This document shows positions 9,486 through 17,895 of a DNA stretch of 32,000 nucleotides, in pieces. This stretch comes from Candidatus Sericytochromatia bacterium (GTDB lineage Bacteria; Actinomycetota; Actinomycetes; Mycobacteriales; Mycobacteriaceae), in the NCBI GenBank assembly GCA_050262635.1, contig JBLNEK010000005.1, forward strand, positions 35,135 to 67,134, in the 5' to 3' direction. Below the pieces are notes generated by a model that saw only the letters and a list, made by a program, of their open reading frames with translations, made no database searches and was not told the origin of the DNA. Within the stretch, counting starts at the first letter, position 1, and every line of letters starts with the position of its first letter. The translations under genes were made by a program, and so were the position numbers.

Positions 9486-11282
9486 CTACTTCGCGGCGCT
9501 GGTGGCTCCGGCCTGGCTGGGGGCTCCGGCCGGTGTGCCGGACTCCGAGGTGTTCCCCTGAGGTGCCGGGTCCGAACCGGCCGGTTTGGGGTCCGCCGGC
9601 TTCTCTGCCACGCCGCCTGGTGCCGGGACGGTATCGCTGGTCGGAGGCTTGGCTTGAAACGGCTTGCGCACCTTCGGCTCGTTCGCTCCGAAGCCAGGCA
9701 GGCTCAGGTTGATGTTGAAGGGCTTGGGCTTCGGCTTCGGCTTGGGCTCGGTCTTGGGATCTTTCGCATCGAGATCCTGCTTGTCGACGGAAGGCGGGTC
9801 AGTCTTCGTCGTCAGATCGGTCTTGATCGTCTGCTGTTCGTTGTCGGTCTTGGCGCCGAGCTGCTCGTTGTCGGTCTTGCTGCCGAGCTGTTCGTTTCCG
9901 GTGTTGGCGGTCAACTGCTCGTTGTCGGTTTTCGTCGACTCCGGCAGCTTCGAGTCAACAACGGTCACCTCATCTTTGTTCAGCTTCGGGTCAGATCCCT
10001 GTGGTTCGGCTGCCAGCTTGGCCGCGACTATTTGCGGTTGGGAATCGACCGCCACGTACGGCGTTGGGTTGCCGCAGTTGGCCCCGCCGCCGCACCCTGC
10101 GTAAACATCTGGCCCGCCGACGCCGTACATATTCGGCGGCTGGGTGCCGAACGGGCGGTTCAACGGATTACCGGTGACGGTGCTGATGAGGTTGTCTAAT
10201 CCGACCGGGATCGCGGCCACAAGGTTCACCAGGGTCTTGATCGGGTTGGGAAAGTACAGCCATTTCGCGGTCGTCGGAACTCCGGGATTGACCGTGCGGT
10301 CGTACCCGGCCTCCACGAGAACGCGTAAGAACGGGTCCAAGGTGACTGCAAGGGGATTGCCGACCAGAGGAATTCGCTGGAGGGGCATGAGCAAAGGAAG
10401 TACCGGCGTCCCAATCATGTAGTAGGTGGTGTCGCCGTACTGGCCCTGCAGTTCCGGTGTGCCGACATCGTAGTAATCGCCGTGCAGGTAATAGATGCCC
10501 ATCGCCGCGTTCAGATCGGCAAGCAGATTCAGGGGGTTGGTGGGGAAGTCGGCCCACCCGTCGTACTGCCGGGCGATGTCGACGGTGGTCATGTCGGTGG
10601 GGTCCCCATTGGGGAGGTTCGTCGGTGTTGCGCCGTTGAACGTCACGCCAAGAATCGGAATGTATAGGCCTTTGAAGCGCTCTAGGATTCCGCCGTTTGG
10701 TTTATTCGGGTTGGCCGCCAACACGAAAAAAACGTCGGACGTTGGTGGGTTCGCGATCAGGTCGCGTTTTTCCCGGGTCGCCACAGCCGCGCTTTGCGAA
10801 TACCCGTACACGACATAGGTGAGATCAGCGTCGCTAACCGGTTGGTCGGCGGTAACCAGGTATGGACTGGCGGTAGCAACGCAGCTACCTGACCGGATGC
10901 AGCGGTCGAGGTTCGCCTGACCGGCGGCAACAGACTGATCGAACGTCATGTCGAACAGGCCGGTGTCGAACCGAAACTGCTCAGGGGTGTAGACCGCAAA
11001 CACCTTGTTGCAGCTACCCGCACTCCCGCCATTGCAGAGCCCGCTTGGCGCGATGTAGTTGGTGTCTGCGCCGTTGACGTAGTCAGCGATGAATTGCTGG
11101 GTATCTTGCGGACGGCTCAGTGGGTGCCCGGTGCCGCCCATGATGAGCGCGGTTGCGGCAAGCGCAATCGACGTCATCGTCGTCGTGACCGCTACCAAGA
11201 CGGCGGCGATAAGCGTGAGGACAGCTATCGCTGCCGAACGGGCGACGCGGCGCACTCCGACCTCCACCTGTGGTGTCGACAT
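9486..11282 (-). CDS. Membrane-anchored PE-PPE-domain serine hydrolase (Chp-like), with repeat-rich C-terminal tail
   Basis: ATG 11282 (MSTPQVEV...). N-terminal hydrophobic anchor AAIAVLTLIAAVLVAV, PE-PPE domain start ALIMGGTGHP, nucleophile motif VYGYSQSA, and conserved ANPNKPNGGILERF, ARQYDGWADFP, YYLHGDY. The tail has KTDNEQLGx repeats and a KP run. Confidence 0.8.
   Translation of the reverse strand: MSTPQVEVGVRRVARSAAIAVLTLIAAVLVAVTTTMTSIALAATALIMGGTGHPLSRPQDTQQFIADYVNGADTNYIAPSGLCNGGSAGSCNKVFAVYTPEQFRFDTGLFDMTFDQSVAAGQANLDRCIRSGSCVATASPYLVTADQPVSDADLTYVVYGYSQSAAVATREKRDLIANPPTSDVFFVLAANPNKPNGGILERFKGLYIPILGVTFNGATPTNLPNGDPTDMTTVDIARQYDGWADFPTNPLNLLADLNAAMGIYYLHGDYYDVGTPELQGQYGDTTYYMIGTPVLPLLMPLQRIPLVGNPLAVTLDPFLRVLVEAGYDRTVNPGVPTTAKWLYFPNPIKTLVNLVAAIPVGLDNLISTVTGNPLNRPFGTQPPNMYGVGGPDVYAGCGGGANCGNPTPYVAVDSQPQIVAAKLAAEPQGSDPKLNKDEVTVVDSKLPESTKTDNEQLTANTGNEQLGSKTDNEQLGAKTDNEQQTIKTDLTTKTDPPSVDKQDLDAKDPKTEPKPKPKPKPFNINLSLPGFGANEPKVRKPFQAKPPTSDTVPAPGGVAEKPADPKPAGSDPAPQGNTSESGTPAGAPSQAGATSAAK
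9831..9938 (-). repeat. Four tandem 27-bp units encoding a nonapeptide repeat (TDNEQLxxK) inside the PE-PPE gene
   Basis: Plus-strand units are ctgctgttcgttgtcggtcttggcgcc / gagctgctcgttgtcggtcttgctgcc / gagctgttcgtttccggtgttggcggt / caactgctcgttgtcggttttcgtcga. Protein: STKTDNEQLTANTGNEQLGSKTDNEQLGAKTDNEQQTIK. Confidence 0.9.
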
Positions 11283-11451
11283 CAAGTTTGGTGGTGCGCG
11301 CGCCCCCCGGCGCCCCCCGGTCGCGCGCAACCCTCTAGCATCATGCACCGCGGTGGCAACCCTTATCAGCAAAATCGAATGTCCAACTCAGCAAACTATG
11401 CCGGTCACCTTCAGGCTCATTGGCGCACTGGCTCGTAATCCGCCACGGCAA

Positions 11452-12311
11452 TCAAGCAATGTTATGGGAAGCGTCTTCAGTTTCGTAGTCGAGTTCGAGG
11501 CGTTGTTCGGGCCGCTGCGCTTCAGCGGCCAGCGCCAGGCTGTAGTAGGACTTGTCCGCCCGGGTGAGCGGCGGTTGCGCGATGCTTCTGGGCCAGAGCC
11601 GTCGCACGCGAACGACACGCGAACGACGTCCGCCTGGATCGCGTAGACGATGACCGTTGCCTGCAGCGCCAACCAGGCGAGCAGTCCAAGGACGACACCG
11701 AACAATCCGGCGACCGCCTGAGCATGTCGCAGCTGGTGCGAGACAACGATTCCGGCGATGGTCAGCAAGATCTGCCAGCCGAGTGCGCTGATGGCCGCGC
11801 CGACCCACATGTCGCGGGTGGACACCTCGCCGGCCACGGCCACCCGGAACAGGATCAGAAAGAACGCGAACCCCAGAGCCGTTCCGACCGCCAGGCTCGC
11901 GAAGCGCGCGCCGAGCCCGCCGAGACCCAGCGATGCCGCGGTTCCGGCGGCGGTACTGGCGGCGCCTGTGACCACCACGATCAGGCTGAGAAGCAGGAGC
12001 AGCGAGATTGTGCGCAGGTAGCGCGGGAAAAAGCCGGGCCGGGCGACTTTGGGCACCGCCCACACCTTGTTCATCGTGTTCTGCATGGCATGGGCGAACC
12101 CGCGCCCTCCGATCAGCGCCCCGGCCACGCCGATGATCAACGATGGAAGCGTTCCACTGAATGATTCGACGCCGAGCTGATCGTGAATCTGGCCGCCGAC
12201 GATCGGAAATTCTGCAAAGGCCTGTGCGTGACCGTCATCTTGCTTCCGCTCGGTATCCCCGTCACCAAGCTCGGCGGCCGCCTCTTCACCCTTGCCGGCG
12301 ACCTGATGCAT
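11452..12311 (-). pseudogene. YihY/BrkB-family membrane protein, 5'-truncated and frameshifted
   Basis: Frame A (12311 to ~11616) carries the YihY core (MQNTMNKVWAVPKVARPGFFPRYLRT, multiple TMs). The conserved C-terminus VVRVRRLWPRSIAQPPLTRADKSYY... is in a different frame (ORF ending at 11452). The two frames are joined by an 11-bp tandem duplication. The first ~2 TM helices of the family are absent. Confidence 0.75.
11605..11626. repeat. Perfect 11-bp tandem duplication (cacgcgaacga x2) causing the yihY frameshift
   Basis: Plus strand 11605-11615 equals 11616-11626. Removing one copy gives the continuous reading ...YAIQADVVRVRRLWPRSIAQPPLT.... Confidence 0.9.
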
Positions 12312-12342
12312 ATCCCCTAAGGGGGCACCATGCGACTAATAC

Positions 12343-12645
12343 GTGGATTGCTGGGGCGTTCTGTTATGGATCGTTGCGGCGCTGCTCGGGCTCGTCGGGC
12401 TGGTGTTATGCGTGACGGTCATCCTGCTGCCGGTGGGGATTCCGATCGTGAAGATGGCTGGACGGTTCTTCACCAGCTCGGTGCAATTGATGCTTCCGCG
12501 GGCAGTGGCCCACTCGGTCGACGAGCTGACGAAGACGGCTCACAAGAAAGGGCGGAAAGTCGGGTCAGCCGCTTCGGGCACCGCCAGTTCGACCGCGAAG
12601 AAAGCCCGTAAGGCTGTTCGCAATCAGCGAAAGCTCCTGGCGTAG
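12343..12645 (+). CDS. Small hypothetical membrane protein with Lys/Arg-rich tail
   Basis: GTG start. High third-position GC in this frame only. Hydrophobic hairpin VLLWIVAALLGLVGLVLCVTVILLPVGIPIV followed by a basic tail KKGRKVGS...AKKARKAVRNQRK. No family recognised. Confidence 0.5.
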   Translation: MDCWGVLLWIVAALLGLVGLVLCVTVILLPVGIPIVKMAGRFFTSSVQLMLPRAVAHSVDELTKTAHKKGRKVGSAASGTASSTAKKARKAVRNQRKLLA

Positions 12646-12657
12646 AGAAACTTCCGG

Positions 12658-13940
12658 TCAAGCTCCGACGCGATCGGTCGCCCGATGGCTTCGTGCGTAC
12701 ACCTCGGCGAGGAATTGCTCGACGGCCACCGCCGCATGCGCCGCCCGCACCGAGCCGAGGATGTCGAAAGCGTGCTGAGTGAACGGAAGCTCCGCGTACA
12801 CCACTGGCTGCGTGCTGGCAGCACGTAACCGGGCGACGAACGCGCGGGCCTGCTCGACGGGTACCAACGAGTCATTGCGGCCGTGCAGCACGAAAAACGG
12901 TGGGGCGTCGGCGTTAACGTGGTGGACGGGTGACGCATCGACGTACGTCTGCAGGTCGGTCGAGTGAGGTCGTTTGACGACCCACCGTTCCAGAAGGTCG
13001 GGCATCGACGGGTGCATTGCATCCTCGACCCGGGTGAAGTCGTAGACGCCGTAGAAGGGGACAGCGGCCTGCACGGCGGTGTCGGCATCTTCGAAGCCCG
13101 GCTGGAACCGAGGGTCGTTGGGCGTCAGGGCCGCCAGCGACGACAGGTGCCCACCGGCCGACCCACCTTGATGGCAATAAAATTGGGGTCGCCGCCGTAT
13201 TCGACTATGTGTGTTTTGGCCCAGGTGAGCGCCCGCTTGATGTCGATGATGTGGTCGGGCCAGGTGTTGCGTGGGCTGTGCCGGTAGTTGATGGCGACGC
13301 AGATCCAGCCGAGCTCTGCGAGGTGGCTCATCAGCGGATGTGCTTGGCCGCGTTTGTTTCCCGTCGTCCATGCACCGCCGGGAATCTGGAAAAGCACGGG
13401 CGCCTTACCGTTTGGGTCGAAGTCCGGGCGTCGCCAGATGTCGAGATGGTTGGCCCGGCCGTAGTCGCCGTAGCTGATGTCGGCGCCATGGGCGTAGTCG
13501 CGGTAGATGCGCAGCATCCGCAGTGGGCCCGGCGTCTTCGCCAGGCCGCCGCCGGCCGGCTTGCGCCACAGGCCTGTCGAGTCTGCGCGACGACCGTTGC
13601 CGAGGCCGTCGTCCAGCGCCGCGGTCAGCGTGGCCTTCGACTGGTGGCCCGCGCGACTGAAGTTCAGCAACCCCACCGCCGACACGGCGGCCACGATCCA
13701 CGAGATGGCCCGCACGGGCCGGGTCAATCGCCGTGCGGTTAGTGCGAGCCCGCCGATCTGGCTCGCCAGCGTCTGCAACGGCAACTCGCTCACTACCAGC
13801 CCGAACACCCACGAGTAGACCGACGGGTATCCGTAGCGCGCCAAGGGCCGGTACCCGTTGAGTGTGGACGTGGCGGTCACAGCGGCGACGACCAGCGCCC
13901 CGACCTGTCGAAGGACGACGAGAGGTGAGGCGTTCCGCAC
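12658..13940 (-). pseudogene. Alpha/beta-hydrolase carboxylesterase (LipQ-like), interrupted by a 1-nt frameshift
   Basis: The upstream frame (13940-13169) has N-terminal TM helices, the oxyanion motif FQIPGGAWTTG and ...EYGGDPNFIAI. The downstream frame (13168-12658) starts at GGSAGGHLSSLAAL (GxSxG nucleophile) and contains the ...LHGRNDSLVP... and ...FTQHAFD... catalytic regions. The junction atc-aa-ggt-ggg-tcg lacks one base. Confidence 0.8.
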
Positions 13941-14410
13941 TCGCCCAGCCTACGAGGAATCATGCAGAAAATTGCACCGAGTGATTAGGGATGCCGGGCC
14001 AACATTTTTCGGCCGCCGCCGAACTCACCCGGTACCACGCCAGCGAACTCGATTGGATGACGGCCGGTGCGCTTTATGCCGGTGGATAGTATGCGCCGGG
14101 CGATCAATACGATGGGCGGGAGACTTTGCTGCGATAAAGCCGATAATGATCCTCGTCATTCGATTGACGGCCTTCTAGGGCTATGCCGTCGAGCATCACC
14201 GGCTACGTCGTCTGGTGCAAAACGCGGTGATCAGTCGTTCTACTGCCCTTGCGAGAACAAGTAGCTGCTAGTTGTGCGAGCTTTGCTGGACTTTGCCGTC
14301 GCCACGGTACTCGTGGGCTGGGTCACGGCCGGTATCGTTTGTGATCTAGCAAATATTGACATACGCTACCGCAGGGGACGGTAGCAAATTCTTTCGAGGG
14401 GACCGGGGCA

Positions 14411-16204
14411 GTGGGAAAGCATGCGTCGAAAAACCTGGCGAACGATTCAGGAAGCCGCCGGTTTCGGTCACCCGACGGGCCCTCGTGTGCGACGCGACCA
14501 GTGGTGCCGCCTCGAGTTCGAGACCGCCGGTGGCGCCGGGGCGTCCACTTGAGGGTTGCCGCGTCGGTAGCCGTGGTTGCTGCTGCTTTTCTGACTTTCG
14601 GCGCAACGTTGACTTCGGCAGTCGCCTCGGCGGCCACGTGTGCTGACGCGGATTGCGTTTACATCATGAAGGGAACCAACAGCGCCTTCAATCAGATTCC
14701 GGACTCCGCCTATCCACAATTCGCCCACGACTACTACAACGCGGTGAACCCTCCAGCGCCGATACCAGTCAGTGCGCCATACCCCTATTACGTCGTTCCC
14801 TATCCGGCAACGTTCCGCCCGTTTACTCCGCCGGGCTACATTTTCTCGCCGACATTCGACCAGTCGGTAGCAACCGGCGTGTCAAATCTGGAGAATGCAC
14901 GCCCCCTGGACTCCCCGCGATCTGGGGATGTCATTTGGGGTTACTCCCAAGGTGCGACGGTGGTTACGCAATACAAGCGCGACTTCAATTCGTCTGATCC
15001 CAGTGTCAACGCGCCGACCTTCGTCCTAGTCGCGAACCCGAACCGGCCGAACGGCGGAATCCTCGAGCGGGGTGTGGCGTTGGGTACCATCCCCATCCTG
15101 GGCCTGACGTTCAGCGGTGCCACCCCGACAACCACGAGCGGCCCGTCGGCCGGCTCGCTGACCACGTATGACATTGCCCGGCAATACGACGGCATCGCCG
15201 ACGCCCCCGAGAATCCACTCAACCCGGTCGCCGATCTCAACGCGATGATGGGGTTCTACTACCTGCACGGCCAGTACCCCAACGCCGACCTGACAACTGC
15301 AATCGATCAGGGTCGGTACGGCGACACCGAGTACTTCCTCATTCCGACTTACCCGCTGCCATTGCTGATGCCGCTGGACTCCATACCGGTCATCGGATTT
15401 CCGCTCGCCGACACGTTGGATCCGCCGCTGCGGGTCATCGTCGAATCTGCGTATGACCGCAGCACGTCCCCTGGTGAACCGACTCCGTTCAACCCCCTGT
15501 ATTTCCCGAACCCGGCGACATTCGGCACCAACCTCCTCGTTGCGATTCCGACCGGACTCGACAACGGAATCAGCGACTTCACAGGAACGCGCCCGTTCGG
15601 AACCATTCGGCCGGGGCCGTATGGCGTCGGCGGGCCGCCGACCCCCCAGCTGAGCACGCCGACGCAAGGCACTAGCCCTACCATTCCGGTGCTGTTCGGC
15701 TCCCCGAGCGGCGGTATGTTCGCGCTCCTGAATCCCGCAAACCTCTCACAAAGCCTCACGCCACCCGACGGTAGCCAGCCGAGCATCTCGTCCTTCTCGA
15801 ACACCACCAATGAACTCACCAACCTGGGACCGGACGGTCAGAACCCACCGGCAGGAAGTCAGCTCCAGGCCAATTCACCAAACGGCACTGTTTTTGGTCA
15901 GCGGCTGGCACCCGTAGCACCCCCGAATGAATCGCGCGAGCCAGAAGTCGCAGACACTGCCGGGCAGTCGAACGACGATCAGTCTGCGGCAACCAAGCCA
16001 CGACCGAGGCTCAACGTGCTGCGCTCCTCGCCGGGCGCGCCCGTCCCGCAGCCGGGAACAAGCTCGCCGAATGGCTCGCGATCCGCCAACAATCCGATTG
16101 GATCCGTCACCACGGGCATATCGAATTCCCTTGCGGGTGCCGCGGATTCCATCAGGTCGGCGCTTGGAGGTACGTCGAAGAACCCCAAAGGCGGTGCGAA
16201 CTAG
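14411..16204 (+). CDS. Membrane-anchored/secreted PE-PPE-domain serine hydrolase (Chp-like), with Ser/Pro/Asn/Gln-rich tail
   Basis: GTG start after GAGGGG. Hydrophobic N-region VAASVAVVAAAFLTFGATLTSAVASAA, nucleophile motif IWGYSQGA, and ANPNRPNGGILERG, ARQYDGIADAP, YYLHGQY. Clearly paralogous to 9486-11282. The ~190-aa C-terminal region is low-complexity. Confidence 0.85.
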   Translation: MGKHASKNLANDSGSRRFRSPDGPSCATRPVVPPRVRDRRWRRGVHLRVAASVAVVAAAFLTFGATLTSAVASAATCADADCVYIMKGTNSAFNQIPDSAYPQFAHDYYNAVNPPAPIPVSAPYPYYVVPYPATFRPFTPPGYIFSPTFDQSVATGVSNLENARPLDSPRSGDVIWGYSQGATVVTQYKRDFNSSDPSVNAPTFVLVANPNRPNGGILERGVALGTIPILGLTFSGATPTTTSGPSAGSLTTYDIARQYDGIADAPENPLNPVADLNAMMGFYYLHGQYPNADLTTAIDQGRYGDTEYFLIPTYPLPLLMPLDSIPVIGFPLADTLDPPLRVIVESAYDRSTSPGEPTPFNPLYFPNPATFGTNLLVAIPTGLDNGISDFTGTRPFGTIRPGPYGVGGPPTPQLSTPTQGTSPTIPVLFGSPSGGMFALLNPANLSQSLTPPDGSQPSISSFSNTTNELTNLGPDGQNPPAGSQLQANSPNGTVFGQRLAPVAPPNESREPEVADTAGQSNDDQSAATKPRPRLNVLRSSPGAPVPQPGTSSPNGSRSANNPIGSVTTGISNSLAGAADSIRSALGGTSKNPKGGAN

Positions 16205-16385
16205 GCTCACTGCCGCGGTGTAGTCGACGTCCGGGAGTAAATGATCACCGCCGCACACGCGATGACGGAGCTGAACGGCCCTCTGAAACGGATCCGCGTT
16301 CCCTGGGCCACACTGGCCATCAACACTTCCCCTATGTCCTGTTTGTTGGCGCAGGCCGCGCCCGGCGGATAGTTGAGACCGGAGG

Positions 16386-17093
16386 ATGGCTGTATTGCGC
16401 TGGACCTCGATCGCAAGAACGCTGGCTTTGGTGTTGTGCTCCGCCGCTCTTGTCGCGCCGACCGCATGCTCAGCCTCCTCCATGCGGAATCGGCACATCG
16501 ACATCAGCAAGATCTTTCTGGTCAAGTCCACATTCGGGCCCGACTACAAGGTTGCCACCACCGGTCCAACAGCCATCGATCCGCGATTGCTCATTCCCCC
16601 GACGCTCTCCTCCGATATGACGTTCGAGCCCGCGGATTGTGCGAAGTATGCCTCGGGTCAGACGTTGCCGAGGGACTTGACCGGCACGATGGCCACCGTG
16701 TCCGCCGAGGGGGACAGGAACCGCTTCGTTGCTGCCGCGCTGCAGACGTCACAGCAGGTTCCATACGAGCCGATCAGCGAAAATTGCAGGCATATCGCTT
16801 TCACCGGTCGAAGCGTAAAGGGCGTCATCGACCTCGTTGACGCGCCGCGCATTGACGACGCAGAAACTCTGGCTACCCACAGGGTGCTTCAGGCCACCCT
16901 CGGTGGCCAAGACCGCTCAAGCGATCTGTACAACTACACCGCATATCTCGGGAACTGCGTCGTACTGGTCGCCGCGACGTCGGTGGCGGCACCAGACCAG
17001 CCGCCCGCTGCCGTGGACGTCGAAATGGCGCGCCGGCTCCTGACTGACTCGGTGGCCTCCGTCCGTGGCGCGAAGATACGGGCGACCGGCTGA
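16386..17093 (+). CDS. Putative lipoprotein
   Basis: Signal peptide with a lipobox-like LVAPTAC (Cys28). The mature part has paired Cys (EPADCAKY, SENCRH, LGNCVV). The start could instead be TTG three codons downstream, which has better SD spacing. The family could not be pinned down by eye. Confidence 0.7.
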   Translation: MAVLRWTSIARTLALVLCSAALVAPTACSASSMRNRHIDISKIFLVKSTFGPDYKVATTGPTAIDPRLLIPPTLSSDMTFEPADCAKYASGQTLPRDLTGTMATVSAEGDRNRFVAAALQTSQQVPYEPISENCRHIAFTGRSVKGVIDLVDAPRIDDAETLATHRVLQATLGGQDRSSDLYNYTAYLGNCVVLVAATSVAAPDQPPAAVDVEMARRLLTDSVASVRGAKIRATG

Positions 17094-17185
17094 CTGCCTT
17101 ATCGAACTGCCATCGCACACATCGGGCGTGGTCAATCGCAGCAGCGCGGTGCACGCGTGGCGTGCGAGACAGATTGCGATACCAG

Positions 17186-17725
17186 TTACTTGGCGACCAT
17201 GCGCCAAGGCTGGCATCCGTGCGTGGCGAAGGCGGCATCCGTTGGCAGTATTCGCACCTGCGTCGGTCCAGCATCCGAGCCGCCGGCTTCGATCGTCGTC
17301 TCGGGTGTCTCCTGGGGCGCCGACAATCTCGCCCACGCGCAATGCGTCAACCCTGGCGCCGGGCCGTCCGACTCCCACACACCCGGATCGACCTGATCGC
17401 CGCCCACCCGATACATCCCGTCGGCCGGCATCATCTTTTCCGACACGTACCGGCTCGTCGTGGTCGTCGGCGCGGGCTGGGTCGGTGAGGGCGAGGACGG
17501 CGGCGTCGCCCCGGGGTTTCCACGAGTTCCCTGGAACACCAGCGCGCCCACGGCCAACAGCGCCGTGAGGCCCAGGCTTGCACCGGTGAGGATCTTGAAC
17601 AGTTTCGTGCTGCCGTGCTTGTGCGAGGCAGGGATAGCGGTATACCACTCCGAGCCGTCCCAGTACAGCTTCCTGGGTTTACCCTCCGGGTCGGGGTACC
17701 AGCCAGGCGGCAGCTGTGTGGGCAT
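17186..17725 (-). CDS. DUF2510-domain membrane protein
   Basis: N-terminal PPGWYPDPEGKPRKLYWDGSEWYT (DUF2510 signature), a single TM LGLTALLAVGALVF, a Pro/Thr-rich linker, and a C-terminal extracytoplasmic domain. Confidence 0.8.
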   Translation of the reverse strand: MPTQLPPGWYPDPEGKPRKLYWDGSEWYTAIPASHKHGSTKLFKILTGASLGLTALLAVGALVFQGTRGNPGATPPSSPSPTQPAPTTTTSRYVSEKMMPADGMYRVGGDQVDPGVWESDGPAPGLTHCAWARLSAPQETPETTIEAGGSDAGPTQVRILPTDAAFATHGCQPWRMVAK

Positions 17726-17895
17726 GTCAGCTCATTGTTTACCAGCAGACCCGGTTGCCAGTCACCCGCCGAGAGGTCCTCGACTTGTACAGCGCGCGCT
17801 CTGCGAGTGGGTACGGAATAAGCGCTCCAATGCCGCCGGTTTCCGCTTTGCGACTTTGCTAGGTTACGGAGAAAGCGATCGAGAGGGATACCGTT

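Noticed and set aside
14356-14387. TTGACA ... TAGCAA as a canonical SigA -35/-10 promoter for the second PE-PPE gene.
   Set aside because: The spacer is ~20 nt and the -10 candidate ends in A rather than T. It is reported only as a promoter-like region, not annotated as a promoter.
16207-16320. 37-codon minus-strand ORF (MASVAQGTRIRFRGPFSSVIACAAVIIYSRTSTTPRQ) in the spacer between the PE-PPE gene and the lipoprotein gene.
   Set aside because: It is too short, with no SD and no recognisable family. It is indistinguishable from a chance ORF.
17094-17185. Possible intrinsic terminator between the convergent lipoprotein and DUF2510 genes (GCACG-cgtgg-CGTGC).
   Set aside because: The stem is only 5 bp, there is no U-tract, and it cannot be extended. 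Too weak to call.
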